Part shown: one piece after another, positions 8,956 through 18,283 of the stretch
How the letters are laid out: the number at the start of each line of letters is the position of its first letter
Position numbering within the stretch: position 1 is the first letter of the stretch
Assembly (NCBI GenBank): GCA_011049465.1
Contig: DSBP01000170.1
Location: forward strand, 1-29,697
Length of the DNA stretch: 29,697 bases
Source: a bacterium
GTDB lineage: Bacteria; Oederibacteriota; PGYV01; DSBP01
Direction of reading: 5' to 3'
The notes under the pieces: generated by a model
What the model was told of the DNA's origin: nothing
The model's database searches: none
What the model saw: only the letters and a program-made list of their open reading frames with translations
Position numbers and translations under genes: made by a program

Positions 8956-9795
8956 TTATATTGTTATTGTTTTATGCCTTGCGCTGTGGCACTGGATGTT
9001 TACTGCCACGGGCAGGCTCGCGATGTGGCAGGCGTGCGTCTCGACTTTTACGGCGAGCGCTGTTGTCTTTCCGCCGAAACCAAGCGGCCCGATATTGAGG
9101 CTGTTTATCTTTTCAAGCAGGATCTTCTCGAGCCGCGCCGCGTTTTTATCCCTTGTGTTCTTGTCGCCAATATCCCTGAGAAGCGCTTTTTTGGCGAGAA
9201 GCGGCGCTGTCTCGAAATTACCGCCTATGCCGGCGCCCACAACAAACGGTGGGCAGGCCGAGGCGCCTGCTTTTCTTACGGTGTCAATTACAAACTCTAT
9301 TATGCCTTCCTCGCCGTCAGCAGGGGAGAGCATCTTCAGGGCGGATTTATTCTCCGCGCCCGCGCCCTTTGCCATGAGCGAGAGCTTAAGCCCTGAGCCT
9401 TTGACAAGCGCGATGTGTATTATTGCGGGTGTGTTGGTTCCTGTGTTGCCGCGTGTTACCGGGTTGGCTGTTGACTTTCTCAGCCCGCCTTTTTTATAAC
9501 CCGTTTCAACGCCTTTGTTTATCGCGGCATATATGTCGCCGTCTATGGTTATGCCCGATCCGATTTCCGCGAAGACAACAGCTATGCCCGTGTCCTGGCA
9601 CAGTGGATAAACCCCCTTCTTGGCCAGTTTGTGATTTTCAACAATCTTATAAAGGATACCCTTGGCTTTTTTTGATTTTTCGTTTTCAGCCGCTTCCTTA
9701 AGCGCTTTCAAGGCATCATAAGGAAGATAGTGGTTGGCGGAGAGTACAAGCGATTCGACAGCTTCTGAAATCTTTTTTTCCGTAATAACCCTCAT
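8956..9795 (-). CDS. Fe-S hydro-lyase alpha subunit (class I fumarate hydratase, N-terminal domain)
   Basis: PLCQDTG, KGAGAENKS, ACPP, GIGG, GPLGFGG and QCHSARH motifs. Fumarase is favoured over tartrate dehydratase by the TCA context. Confidence 0.9.
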   Translation of the reverse strand: MRVITEKKISEAVESLVLSANHYLPYDALKALKEAAENEKSKKAKGILYKIVENHKLAKKGVYPLCQDTGIAVVFAEIGSGITIDGDIYAAINKGVETGYKKGGLRKSTANPVTRGNTGTNTPAIIHIALVKGSGLKLSLMAKGAGAENKSALKMLSPADGEEGIIEFVIDTVRKAGASACPPFVVGAGIGGNFETAPLLAKKALLRDIGDKNTRDKNAARLEKILLEKINSLNIGPLGFGGKTTALAVKVETHACHIASLPVAVNIQCHSARHKTITI

Positions 9796-9831
9796 GGGCC
9801 ACCTCGGCCATAAGCCGCTGAAAAACGCGCC

Positions 9832-10758
9832 TTACAGCATCCCCTTGATTTTTGTTATCTGTTCCTTTATGGCCGCGGCAGAGTCGTATAACGCGCGGCC
9901 CTCCTCGTGGGTGAGCTTGATGTCAACGACAGCGTCCGCGCCTTTTTTGGACAGCTTTACAGGGAGCCCGATGAAAAGGTCATCAAGGCCGTAAAATCCG
10001 TCGGCATAGACAGAGCAGGGAAGAAGCGCGTTTTCGTCTTTTACTATTGCTTCCATCATCCTGACGGTTGAGGCTGCGGGCGCGTAATAAGCGCTCCCTG
10101 TCTTCAGCAGGGAAACAATCTCAGCTCCGCCGTTTCTTGCCCTGTCAGAGAGTATTTTTATGTCCTCCGCGGGAATGACGCTGCTGATATCAAGTCTGTT
10201 TATTTTTGTGTGCGAAATAAGAGGCACCATTGTGTCGCCGTGCGAGCCCAGAATCATTGACGATATTGCCTTTGATTTTGCGCCTGTCTTTGACTGTATG
10301 AAGTGGTAAAAACGGTATGTGTCAAGGATGCCCGCCATGCCCAAAACGCGCGATCGGGGAAAGCCCGTTACCCTGTAGGCGGTGTAAGCCATCAGGTCAA
10401 GCGGGTTTGATACCACTATTACAACAGGCTCCTTCGGGGAATCCTTTATTTTCAGAGAGATGGATTTTATTATCTCGAAGTTTTTGACAAGCAGGTCATC
10501 GCGGCTCATGCCCGGCTTGCGGGCAAGTCCGGCTGTTATTACTATAATGTCTGAGGCCTTTATCCTCTCGTAATCATCCCCGCCCTCAACCGAAACGTCC
10601 GCGCCAAAGAGGTACTTTGACTGGTTGAGGTCAATGGCCTTGCCTTTTGCCATATCGGGTTCTATGTCAAGAAGATAGATGTCGCCCAGGTTTTTCATCA
10701 GCGCTATATGCGCTGTTGTGGCGCCCACGTTTCCCGCGCCGATTATTCCGATTTTCAT
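9832..10758 (-). CDS. mdh: Malate dehydrogenase (LDH-like)
   Basis: KIGIIGAGNVG, RKPGMSRDDL (MDH-specific Arg), SNPLD, GSHGD and GSAYYAP. Start at 10758 (GGAGAG RBS); an alternative ATG at 10782 overlaps the icd stop. Confidence 0.95.
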   Translation of the reverse strand: MKIGIIGAGNVGATTAHIALMKNLGDIYLLDIEPDMAKGKAIDLNQSKYLFGADVSVEGGDDYERIKASDIIVITAGLARKPGMSRDDLLVKNFEIIKSISLKIKDSPKEPVVIVVSNPLDLMAYTAYRVTGFPRSRVLGMAGILDTYRFYHFIQSKTGAKSKAISSMILGSHGDTMVPLISHTKINRLDISSVIPAEDIKILSDRARNGGAEIVSLLKTGSAYYAPAASTVRMMEAIVKDENALLPCSVYADGFYGLDDLFIGLPVKLSKKGADAVVDIKLTHEEGRALYDSAAAIKEQITKIKGML

Positions 10759-10781
10759 TTTTTTCTCTCCGGGTATATTCA

Positions 10782-11981
10782 TTACAGGTTCTCTATTATC
10801 TTGTCAGCGTATTGGGAGCATGAAACCTCTGCGGCGCCTTCCATCTGGCGCGCAAGGTCATAAGTGACTGTTTTTTGCGCGATTGTCTTTTCAATGCCCG
10901 CCGTAATAAGCGCGGCTGCCTCGTTCCACCCCATATGCTCAAGCATCATGACCCCGCTTAAGATTACAGAGGATGGGTTAACCTTGTCAAGGCCGGCGTA
11001 TTTCGGGGCAGTGCCGTGCGTTGCCTCAAATAGCGCGTATTTTCCGATATTCGCGCCGGGCGCCATTCCGAGGCCGCCAACCTGCGCTGCTGCCGCGTCA
11101 GAGAGGTAATCGCCGTTTAAGTTCGGCGTTACTATTACGTCGTATTCGTCCGGCCTTAAAAGAATCTGCTGGAACATCGCGTCCGCTATGCGGTCTTTTA
11201 TGATTATTTTTCCGTCAGCGGACGCGCCCGCCCATATTTCGGATTCCTTTACAATCTTATCCCTGAAATTTTCCTCAGCCTCTTTGTAGCACCATTTTGA
11301 GAAGGCGCCTTCGGTGAATTTCATTATATTGCCCTTGTGGACTATTGTGACGCTCTTTTTGCTGTTTTTTACCGCGAAGTTAAGCGCCATTCTCATCAGG
11401 CGCCTTGTGCCGAATTCGCTTATGGGTTTTATGCCGATGCCGCTCTCCGATATGATTGACTTGTTGAAATTCTCATTTAAAAAAGTGATGACTTTTCTTG
11501 CCTCAACAGAACCCGCTTCCCACTCTATGCCCGCGTAAACATCCTCGGTGTTCTCCCTGAATATGACAATGTTGAGTTTTTCGGGCTCCTTGACAGGGGA
11601 GCCGACGCCCTGAAAATACCTGACGGGCCTCACGCAGGCAAAGAGGTCGAGCTTCTGCCTGAGCGTCACGTTCAGGCTTCTTATGCCGCCGCCGACAGGC
11701 GTGGTAAGCGGCCCCTTAATCGCCACTCCGTATTCCTTTATGGCGCTTATGGTATCATCGGGCAGGTAGGAGCCTGTCGCGCTTTTTGCCTTTTCTCCGG
11801 CGAGTATCTCTTTCCATTCTATTTTTTTCGCGCCGTTATAAGCCTTCTCCACTGCCGCGTCAAAGACCCTGACAGAAGCCTTCCAGATATCAGGGCCTAT
11901 TCCGTCGCCCTCGATATAGCAGACATACGGGTTGTCAGGAACGGTTATTCCATCTTCTGTTACGGTTATTTTCTCAGCCAT
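10782..11981 (-). CDS. icd: NADP-dependent isocitrate dehydrogenase (dimeric type)
   Basis: [38 protein letters not shown] and [12 protein letters not shown] motifs. Confidence 0.97.
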   Translation of the reverse strand: MAEKITVTEDGITVPDNPYVCYIEGDGIGPDIWKASVRVFDAAVEKAYNGAKKIEWKEILAGEKAKSATGSYLPDDTISAIKEYGVAIKGPLTTPVGGGIRSLNVTLRQKLDLFACVRPVRYFQGVGSPVKEPEKLNIVIFRENTEDVYAGIEWEAGSVEARKVITFLNENFNKSIISESGIGIKPISEFGTRRLMRMALNFAVKNSKKSVTIVHKGNIMKFTEGAFSKWCYKEAEENFRDKIVKESEIWAGASADGKIIIKDRIADAMFQQILLRPDEYDVIVTPNLNGDYLSDAAAAQVGGLGMAPGANIGKYALFEATHGTAPKYAGLDKVNPSSVILSGVMMLEHMGWNEAAALITAGIEKTIAQKTVTYDLARQMEGAAEVSCSQYADKIIENL

Positions 11982-12033
11982 TAATCACCTCTATATAATG
12001 AATTCACCCCGCAGAACCCTGTGGGGATATATC

Positions 12034-12062
12034 ATAATAACAGTAATATAGTGGAGTGTCAA
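12034..12062 (-). promoter_or_regulatory. Sigma70 promoter of the icd-mdh-fumarase operon
   Basis: Minus strand TTGACA (12062-12057) - N17 - TATTAT (12039-12034) with extended -10 TG; short hairpin 12007-12026 in the leader; AGAGGTG RBS before 11981. Confidence 0.7.
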
Positions 12063-12149
12063 ATAAAAATAATTCCTGTCCGCGCCTGAAAAAATTCATG
12101 ATTCATGGTTCGTATTCCTGATTAACGCGTAAATCCCGGCAGGTGTTGT

Positions 12150-12492
12150 TTTAAAATTTCAACTTTCAGATGCCGTATTTGATGCTGCCCGCCCCGTCCT
12201 GCGATAGTGGTGTTAAGGCAAGGGTTATTTTGTAATCGTATTAACTTTAAAATTTCGACTTTTAGTTGCCGTATTCATCTCCGTTTAAGCGTTTTGCTTT
12301 GTTGTGAAAGTACTTGTAGGCGCGGACTTCAGTCCGCGGTATTTGAAATGCGCGCGAACTGAAGTTCGCGGCTACAAGGACTAAATCATACGTTGAGCTC
12401 TTAATATGAATAAGAATTAAGAATGGCAAATAGTTATTAGTGTTTAATGCTACCCACCCCGTCCTGCGTCAGTATGTGTTAGGGCAATGGTT
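12150..12492. repeat. Two pairs of imperfect direct repeats in the icd/M23 intergenic region
   Basis: 12150-12179 vs 12246-12275 (27/30 identical); 12182-12226 vs 12447-12492 (shared atgct.ccc.ccccgtcctgcg...tgtta.ggcaa.ggtt). Confidence 0.7.
12316..12375. repeat. GTAG-type REP doublet (two inverted palindromes)
   Basis: GTAGgCGCGGACTtcAGTCCGCG-spacer-CGCGAACTgaAGTTCGCGgCTAC. Confidence 0.85.
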
Positions 12493-12543
12493 GTTCAGCA
12501 GCCCGCAAAAAACAAGGATTAAAAACCGTGATGCGTCGTTTTT

Positions 12544-12567
12544 GTAGGGGCGATTCACGAATCGCCC
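12544..12567. repeat. GTAG-type REP of a second sequence type
   Basis: GTAG-GGGCGATTCacGAATCGCCC: a GTAG tag followed by a palindrome. Confidence 0.8.
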
Positions 12568-12684
12568 AAGCGTCTTGTATTTTGGGGTTTGTATTAACTT
12601 GCATAGCTGTTTTTGCAGGGTTTTAAGTTTGGCACTAACTTGCAAATTGCAAATTTAAACTGTTTCATCGGCTATCGATTTTAG

Positions 12685-12713
12685 TTGATTTTTAGGATAA
12701 AATTTAATATAGT
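12685..12713 (+). promoter_or_regulatory. Candidate sigma70 promoter of the M23 peptidase gene
   Basis: TTGATT - N17 - TATAGT; AGGAGG RBS at 12730-12735. Confidence 0.4.
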
Positions 12714-12741
12714 TAAATTATAATATCTCAGGAGGCGGGAA

Positions 12742-13785
12742 TTGAAGGAAAAGGCCCTGGAAGTGCTTAAGAAATGCCGTGAAGACCTGAAAATTGTCTG
12801 TTTTAAAAGGATACTTGTTTTAACCGGGCTTGTGGCCGTGGTTACTTCTGTGGCATTTCTCTCTGTCCTTATGAGCGCCCGTGACAGCGTGGCGCATATA
12901 CCCGTAAAACTTGATGTTTTCGAAGACATATTAAAGAGCAAGGGACAGAACATCGAGGCTATTGACAGCGACAGGTTTACCGAGATATCAAAGCGCGATA
13001 AGGAACTGGCGCACGTGTTTTTAAGGCGGAATTTTCTCGGCCGCGTGGATTATACGCTTTACAGGGTGAAGCAGGGGGAGAATTTCTGGGGCATAGCAAA
13101 GAGGTTTGGGGTAAGCATAGACACCATAATAGGCGCGAACCCGGATTTAAAGAGCCTTACGGCTTATGTTAACCAGGAAATAATTGTAATGACAAAAAGG
13201 GGTGTTATACACGAAGTTAAGGACAGGGAAGAAAACCTTGAGCTTTTATCCGAGCTGTATCGGGTGGATATTGAGAGGATAAAGCAGTCAAATGACCTGT
13301 CAAAAGGAAAGGGCGAGATAAGGCTTGGCGATGTAATATTCATTCCGGGCGCGAAGCCTGTTTACATGCACGAGGACCTTAAGAATTTCTACGCGCGGCG
13401 CTCAATGTTCCGCTCGCCTATGTCAGGAACATATACATCGCTCTTTGGCGAGAGGCGGCATCCTGTGACAGGAGAGAGGTCATTTCATGACGCCGTGGAC
13501 ATCAGGGCAAAAATAGGGACATGGGTCGGCGCGGCAGCTGAGGGCACGGTTACATACGCGGGATGGCTCGGAAACCTGGGTTATACCGTCAAGATAAGGC
13601 ACAAAGACGGATACGAGTCATTATACGCCCACCTGAGCAAGATATATGTAAAGCCGGGAGAAAAGGTGCATCAGGGCAAGCTTATTGCGAAGACCGGAAA
13701 CTCGGGCAGGACAACCGGCCCGCATCTTCATTTCGCGATCTATCACAAGGGAAAGGCAAAAAATCCGCTGAACTACCTGTGGTAG
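12742..13785 (+). CDS. LysM-domain M23 family metallopeptidase (cell-wall endopeptidase)
   Basis: N-terminal TM helix; LysM YRVKQGENFWGIAKRFGVSIDTIIGAN plus a second degenerate LysM; M23 HDAVD (HxxxD) and GPHLHF (HxH); TTG start after AGGAGG. Confidence 0.92.
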   Translation: MKEKALEVLKKCREDLKIVCFKRILVLTGLVAVVTSVAFLSVLMSARDSVAHIPVKLDVFEDILKSKGQNIEAIDSDRFTEISKRDKELAHVFLRRNFLGRVDYTLYRVKQGENFWGIAKRFGVSIDTIIGANPDLKSLTAYVNQEIIVMTKRGVIHEVKDREENLELLSELYRVDIERIKQSNDLSKGKGEIRLGDVIFIPGAKPVYMHEDLKNFYARRSMFRSPMSGTYTSLFGERRHPVTGERSFHDAVDIRAKIGTWVGAAAEGTVTYAGWLGNLGYTVKIRHKDGYESLYAHLSKIYVKPGEKVHQGKLIAKTGNSGRTTGPHLHFAIYHKGKAKNPLNYLW

Positions 13786-13824
13786 GGCTGAAACTGAAAA
13801 GTTAAGGGCGTAAATGTGGTAAAT

Positions 13825-13885
13825 GTAGGCGCGGACTTTAGTCCGCGGTAGTTAAAAGCCGGCGCGAACTGAAGTTCGCGGCTAC
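13825..13885. repeat. GTAG-type REP doublet, same family as 12316
   Basis: GTAGgCGCGGACTttAGTCCGCG-spacer-CGCGAACTgaAGTTCGCGgCTAC, preceded by a 7-nt-period tract (gaaactgaaaagtt). Confidence 0.85.
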
Positions 13886-13958
13886 AAAGTATGTTTAAAA
13901 TTTAAAACCAAGGCAAAATATTGAAAACAACCGTGAAGATTAAACCTGAAGCCACAAC

Positions 13959-15419
13959 ATGCGCGCGGCAATAGCTTATCCTCCTGTTTTTCGGGGCGGG
14001 AAAAGGCCCCTGCTCGGGCAAAACCGCCAGTTCAAATACACCCATTCAAAAGAGATAAAGATATTTCCGCTTGTGCCGGCTCACGCGGCGACAAGCCTGC
14101 GGGCAGCCGGACACGAGGTTCTCTGGCTTGACGGGATAAATAATGAAAATTTAAATTATGAGGCGGAAATCGCGAAGCCGGCCCCGGAAATAATACTGCT
14201 GGAGACAAAGGCCCCTGTCCTTAAAAAACATTGGGAGTATATTGGCTCCGCGAAATTAAAGATGCCGAAATGTAAATTTGTTTTAGCCGGCGACCATGCC
14301 TCCTTTTTTCCCGGAGAGTCAATGAAAAATTCATCCGTTGATTATGTCATAACGGGCGGTGATTATGACGCGGCTTTTACGGCGCTCTGCGGCCATCTTG
14401 AGGGCAGGGGCGAAATGCCGCCGGGAGTATGGTACAGGGAAAACGGGGAGATAAAAAATTCCGGCAGGCCTGTCATGGTTGAAAACCTTGATGAGCTCCC
14501 TTTTATAGACAGGGAGCTTACCCGCTGGAAGGATTACGGCGAAGCATATCTTTACAGGCCCTGCGCGTATATTCTTACCGGCAGGGGCTGCGGCAGGGAA
14601 GGAAAGGAGACCGGCGGGGTGTGCACTTTTTGCGTGTGGCAGCACGCCTTCTGGGAAAAAAAGGCGCGGCTGCGCTCGCCTGCCAATGTCGCGGAAGAGA
14701 TTGAGATGCTTGTGAAAAAATACGGGGTTTACGAGGTTTTTGACGACAATGAGTCGGGCGCTGTCTGGTCAACGGCGTGGCTTGAGCGTTTTGTTGTGGA
14801 GGTTGAAAAGAGGGGGTTAAAGGGCGGATTTGTAATCTCGTCAAACGCGCGCGCCGAGAACCTGACAGAGGAAAAATGCCGCCTGATGAAGAGGGCGGGC
14901 TACAGGCTGCTGAAGGTGGGGCTTGAATCAGCGTCAAACGCGACGCTTAAGAGGATAGGAAAACTTGAGTCAATCGGGGAGATAAAGGAAAATATCAAGC
15001 GCGCGAAGGATTACGGGTTCCGCGTGCTGCTTACGATGATGGTGGGTTATCCGTGGGAGACAGAAGCTGATGTGAAGGGGACCTATGAGGCGGCAAAGGA
15101 ACTTATGCTCTATAAAATCCGCTTCGGCGATTCGCTTCAGGCGTCAATTGTGACGCCGTACCCGGGCACGCCGCTTTACCGCGACGCGCAGAAGAACGGC
15201 TGGCTCACTGAGGCCGCGGCTGATTATGAGAATTTTGACATGGAGCATGATATTTTAAAATCCAATTATAATAATGAATACTGGTGCAGGAAAATGTGGA
15301 ACATACACAAGCACCCGCTCTTTTTGCTCAGGAGCCTGATAAGCGTGCGCGGCCCGCGCGACATAGCGCTGGCGTTGAGGGGAGTGAAATCGCTTCTGGG
15401 GCATACGAAGGACTATTGA
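13959..15419 (+). CDS. B12-binding domain / radical SAM protein (HpnJ-like subgroup)
   Basis: N-terminal cobalamin-binding-like domain (AGDHASFFP, VITGGDYD) and radical SAM core TGRGC-X10-CTFCVW, VGLESAS, MMVGYPWET, TPYPGTPLY. Confidence 0.85.
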   Translation: MRAAIAYPPVFRGGKRPLLGQNRQFKYTHSKEIKIFPLVPAHAATSLRAAGHEVLWLDGINNENLNYEAEIAKPAPEIILLETKAPVLKKHWEYIGSAKLKMPKCKFVLAGDHASFFPGESMKNSSVDYVITGGDYDAAFTALCGHLEGRGEMPPGVWYRENGEIKNSGRPVMVENLDELPFIDRELTRWKDYGEAYLYRPCAYILTGRGCGREGKETGGVCTFCVWQHAFWEKKARLRSPANVAEEIEMLVKKYGVYEVFDDNESGAVWSTAWLERFVVEVEKRGLKGGFVISSNARAENLTEEKCRLMKRAGYRLLKVGLESASNATLKRIGKLESIGEIKENIKRAKDYGFRVLLTMMVGYPWETEADVKGTYEAAKELMLYKIRFGDSLQASIVTPYPGTPLYRDAQKNGWLTEAAADYENFDMEHDILKSNYNNEYWCRKMWNIHKHPLFLLRSLISVRGPRDIALALRGVKSLLGHTKDY

Positions 15420-15420
15420 G

Positions 15421-15456
15421 AACAATTGAAAATTGAAAACTGAAAGCTGAAAATTA
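15421..15456. repeat. Heptamer tandem array just after the radical SAM stop codon
   Basis: aattgaa aattgaa aactgaa agctgaa aatt; the same type as 2412-2431 (aaactgaaagctgaaagtt), 13790-13803 and 23682-23700. Confidence 0.75.
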
Positions 15457-15577
15457 AGGCAAGGGCGGGAATTCAACTAAAATCAGAAAACCTGAAGTTA
15501 AGCCATGTGTTGCGGCCTTAATAGGAATAAGAATATGAATCAGGAATTGGTTTTTAACCGGGCCTTCCAGTCCGCTA

Positions 15578-15606
15578 TTGCGCGGGGATGTGAAGAGTAG
15601 TATAAT
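15578..15606 (+). promoter_or_regulatory. Sigma70 promoter upstream of the second radical SAM gene
   Basis: TTGCGC (15578-15583) - N17 - TATAAT (15601-15606); AAGGAG RBS before 15631. Confidence 0.6.
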
Positions 15607-15630
15607 CCAATAAAACAGCAAAAAGGAGCG

Positions 15631-17148
15631 ATGGTGAAACTTAAGGTAATGCTCGTCAACCCGCCGCGGGTTGGCGGTTATCCTGTGGTGCGGGAGGAGC
15701 GGTTTGAGCACAGGGATATGGGCTCTGTCTATCCGCCCCTTTCCTTATTATATATGGCGGCTGTGCTTGAGCGCGATGAGCGGCTGGAGATAAGGCTCGT
15801 TGACGCCAACGGGTTTAACCTTTCGCCCAATGATGTGAGGGCCGGGATAATAAAATTCTCCCCTGATATTGTGATCGCGCGATGCGGTTTTGACACGCAA
15901 AAAGAGGACTGCGCGGCACTGGCAGCCGCGAAAGACCTGGGCGCGCTAATCGTCCTGCGAAACAAAATTATCGCAGGCACCCCGCACATAAGGGACGCGC
16001 TATTAAAAGAGGGGTGCGCCGATGTGTTTATTGATTCCGAGCCTGAGGCGGTTTTGCCGGGGCTTATGGACGCGGCCTGCGCGGAGAAGCAAAGAATAGC
16101 CGCGGAGCCAAAGCCGTACGCCTGCGCCTTTGACGGGAGCAGGGACAGGTTCTTTGGGCTCTCATTTCTGGAAGGCGTAAAGGGAGTCTCTTATTATCAT
16201 AACGGCGCGGTAGTATCAACGCCTTCGGCCCCTGACACAGAAAACATTGATTCGCTTCCGTTCCCCGCGTATCACCTCCTTCCGTCACTTGATGTTTACC
16301 ACACGGGGGTCATGGAGCCGCCTTTCGCGCTTGTCGCGACAACGCGCGGCTGCCCGTTTGGCTGCACCTTTTGCGCCTACGGAAAATCAAAGTGCAGGGA
16401 GCGCTCTGTGGAATCGGTCATAAACGAGCTCAAAATACTTAAGGAGAGGCACGGCATAAGGTCGTTCCTCTTCTTTGACGACACTATTTCCATAAAGGGA
16501 GGCAGGGTGGAGGAGCTCTGCCGCAGGATGAAGGAGGAAGGGCTCGACAAGCTGGACTGGGTATGCTGCACGCGCGCGAACCTTCTCGACTTTGAGATGC
16601 TCAAAGCAATGAAAGGTGCGGGAATGAAAGAGATAGCCATAGGCATAGAGACGGGCTCTTCTGAAATTCTTAAGAACATAAAAAAGGGAGTGTCGCTTGA
16701 TGATGTAAGGCGGGCGGCAAAATGGTGCAAAGAGCTTAAGATAATGTTCTACGGACTCGCGATAATAGGCCTGCCCGGAGAGACAAAAGAGACGGTTGAG
16801 GAGACGGTCCGCTTCATAAAAGAGATAGACCCTTTTTACACGCAGCTTTGTTTCGCTGTGCCGTTTCCGAATACGGACATGTACGCGTATTATGATGAAA
16901 AGGGGCTGCTGCTGACAAGGGACTGGTCAAAATATTCCCCGCTCTCTGATGAGCCTGTGATAAGGACAGAAGCGCTCTCCGCTTCTGAGCTTAAAAAGCT
17001 GAGGCGCAGTGCATATATGAGCCTGCTTTTGAGGCCCGCGTACCTGCTGAAAAAGGTGAGGATTTTTGACTGGCGATGGAACATTAAAGGGATAAAAAAG
17101 GTGCTGGGCAGGATATGGGCGGTAATAACCGATAAGCCCGTAAGGTAG
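15631..17148 (+). CDS. B12-binding domain / radical SAM protein
   Basis: MLVNPP...YPPLSLLYMAAVLE cobalamin-domain start; canonical RGCPFGCTFC (CX3CX2C); FFDDTI, IGIETGS, IIGLPGET and PFPNT motifs. Confidence 0.9.
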   Translation: MVKLKVMLVNPPRVGGYPVVREERFEHRDMGSVYPPLSLLYMAAVLERDERLEIRLVDANGFNLSPNDVRAGIIKFSPDIVIARCGFDTQKEDCAALAAAKDLGALIVLRNKIIAGTPHIRDALLKEGCADVFIDSEPEAVLPGLMDAACAEKQRIAAEPKPYACAFDGSRDRFFGLSFLEGVKGVSYYHNGAVVSTPSAPDTENIDSLPFPAYHLLPSLDVYHTGVMEPPFALVATTRGCPFGCTFCAYGKSKCRERSVESVINELKILKERHGIRSFLFFDDTISIKGGRVEELCRRMKEEGLDKLDWVCCTRANLLDFEMLKAMKGAGMKEIAIGIETGSSEILKNIKKGVSLDDVRRAAKWCKELKIMFYGLAIIGLPGETKETVEETVRFIKEIDPFYTQLCFAVPFPNTDMYAYYDEKGLLLTRDWSKYSPLSDEPVIRTEALSASELKKLRRSAYMSLLLRPAYLLKKVRIFDWRWNIKGIKKVLGRIWAVITDKPVR

Positions 17149-17185
17149 AAAAAGCAGGGAATAATGTCTCTTTGAGGAGGAAGTT

Positions 17186-18283
17186 TTGAAGATACTTGTT
17201 GTGTCCCACAGTTCAGTGATTGAATACCACCAGCAAAAGCTTGAGATACTGGCAAAGGATTACGGCCACGAGATAACGCTCGTTACGCCGCCGTGGTGGA
17301 TGGAAGGGGGAGTCAGGGCAGAGGCCTTCACGGGCGGCTCGATAAAGTACCGTATCGGAAAGACGTTTGTGTTTAAAAAGCGCGCGTTTCATTTTTACTT
17401 TGACGCGGGCCGCATAATAAAAGAGGAGAATCCCGATATTGTCCACGTTGAGGAGGAGCCCTTTACCTTTGCGTGTTTTCAGTTTTTAAGCGCGGCGAAG
17501 AAAAGGGGGAAAAAAACGGTTTTTTTCACATGGGAAAATATCCGGAGGCGGCACAACCCCGGTTATGAGTTTTTCAACAATTACTGCATTAAAAACACGG
17601 ACGCGGCCATAGCGGGCAACAACGAGGGAAGGGATATTCTTGTTGAAAAAGGATGCAGGGCTCCGGTTTATGTGATACCGCAGTACGGAATTAACATGAA
17701 AGATTTCATTTTACGGGGCGGGGACGCGCCAAAAAGAGATTATAAAATCGGTTATGTGGGAAGAATACTGCCGGAAAAGGGGATAGTGGTGTTGATTGAC
17801 GCGCTCTCGGGGATTCCTGACGCGCGCCTTGTAATGGCAGGGACAGGAGCTTCCGGTTACACGGCTCTTGTCAGGGAAGCCGCGGAAAAGAAACTTGCAG
17901 GCAGGCATGAGTTTACGGGTTTTGTGGAAAGGGAAAAGATGGGAAGGCTGCTCGCTTCGCTTGATATACTTGTCCTTCCTTCGCTCACGACAAAGACATG
18001 GAAGGAGCAGTTCGGCAGGGTTATAGCGGAGGCGTTTGCCTCGGGCGTGCCTGTAATAGGCTCCGGCTCGGGAGAGATACCGAACGTAATAGGAGACGCG
18101 GGCCTTGTCTTCAAAGAGGGGAGCAGCGCTGACCTTGCGGGAAAGATTATGCATCTCATGGCAGACGGAGAACTTTATAAAAGCTGCGCGGAAAAGGGCA
18201 CGAAGAGGGTTTTGGAGCACTACACGAATGAGGGCATAGCAGCGAAGCTTGATTTTGTTTACCGCGCGCTTTTGAAAAGGTGA
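17186..18283 (+). CDS. Glycosyltransferase family 4 (GT-B)
   Basis: PDIVHVEEEP, YVGRILPEKG, EQFGRVIAEAFASGVPVIGSGSG (ExFG...E motif); TTG start after GAGGAGG. Confidence 0.92.
   Translation: MKILVVSHSSVIEYHQQKLEILAKDYGHEITLVTPPWWMEGGVRAEAFTGGSIKYRIGKTFVFKKRAFHFYFDAGRIIKEENPDIVHVEEEPFTFACFQFLSAAKKRGKKTVFFTWENIRRRHNPGYEFFNNYCIKNTDAAIAGNNEGRDILVEKGCRAPVYVIPQYGINMKDFILRGGDAPKRDYKIGYVGRILPEKGIVVLIDALSGIPDARLVMAGTGASGYTALVREAAEKKLAGRHEFTGFVEREKMGRLLASLDILVLPSLTTKTWKEQFGRVIAEAFASGVPVIGSGSGEIPNVIGDAGLVFKEGSSADLAGKIMHLMADGELYKSCAEKGTKRVLEHYTNEGIAAKLDFVYRALLKR

Noticed and set aside
8408-9795. L-tartrate dehydratase (ttdAB)
   Set aside because: Same protein family, but co-transcription with mdh and icd makes fumarase more likely; it cannot be strictly excluded.
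12681-12953. 90-aa minus-strand ORF and the many other 60-230 aa antisense or alternate-frame ORFs (e.g. 6868-7554, 23757-24395, 8945-9499)
   Set aside because: They overlap well-supported genes, lack RBSs or family motifs, and are expected shadow ORFs.
15255-15476. Peptide encoded by the heptamer array (NFQLSVFNFQLFSI)
   Set aside because: The apparent peptide repeat is a by-product of the 7-nt DNA period, and the ORF overlaps the radical SAM 3' end on the opposite strand.
13959-17148. Hopanoid (hpn) or RiPP biosynthetic cluster
   Set aside because: There is only family-level resemblance to HpnJ; no shc, hpnH or other hpn genes and no precursor peptide in the window.
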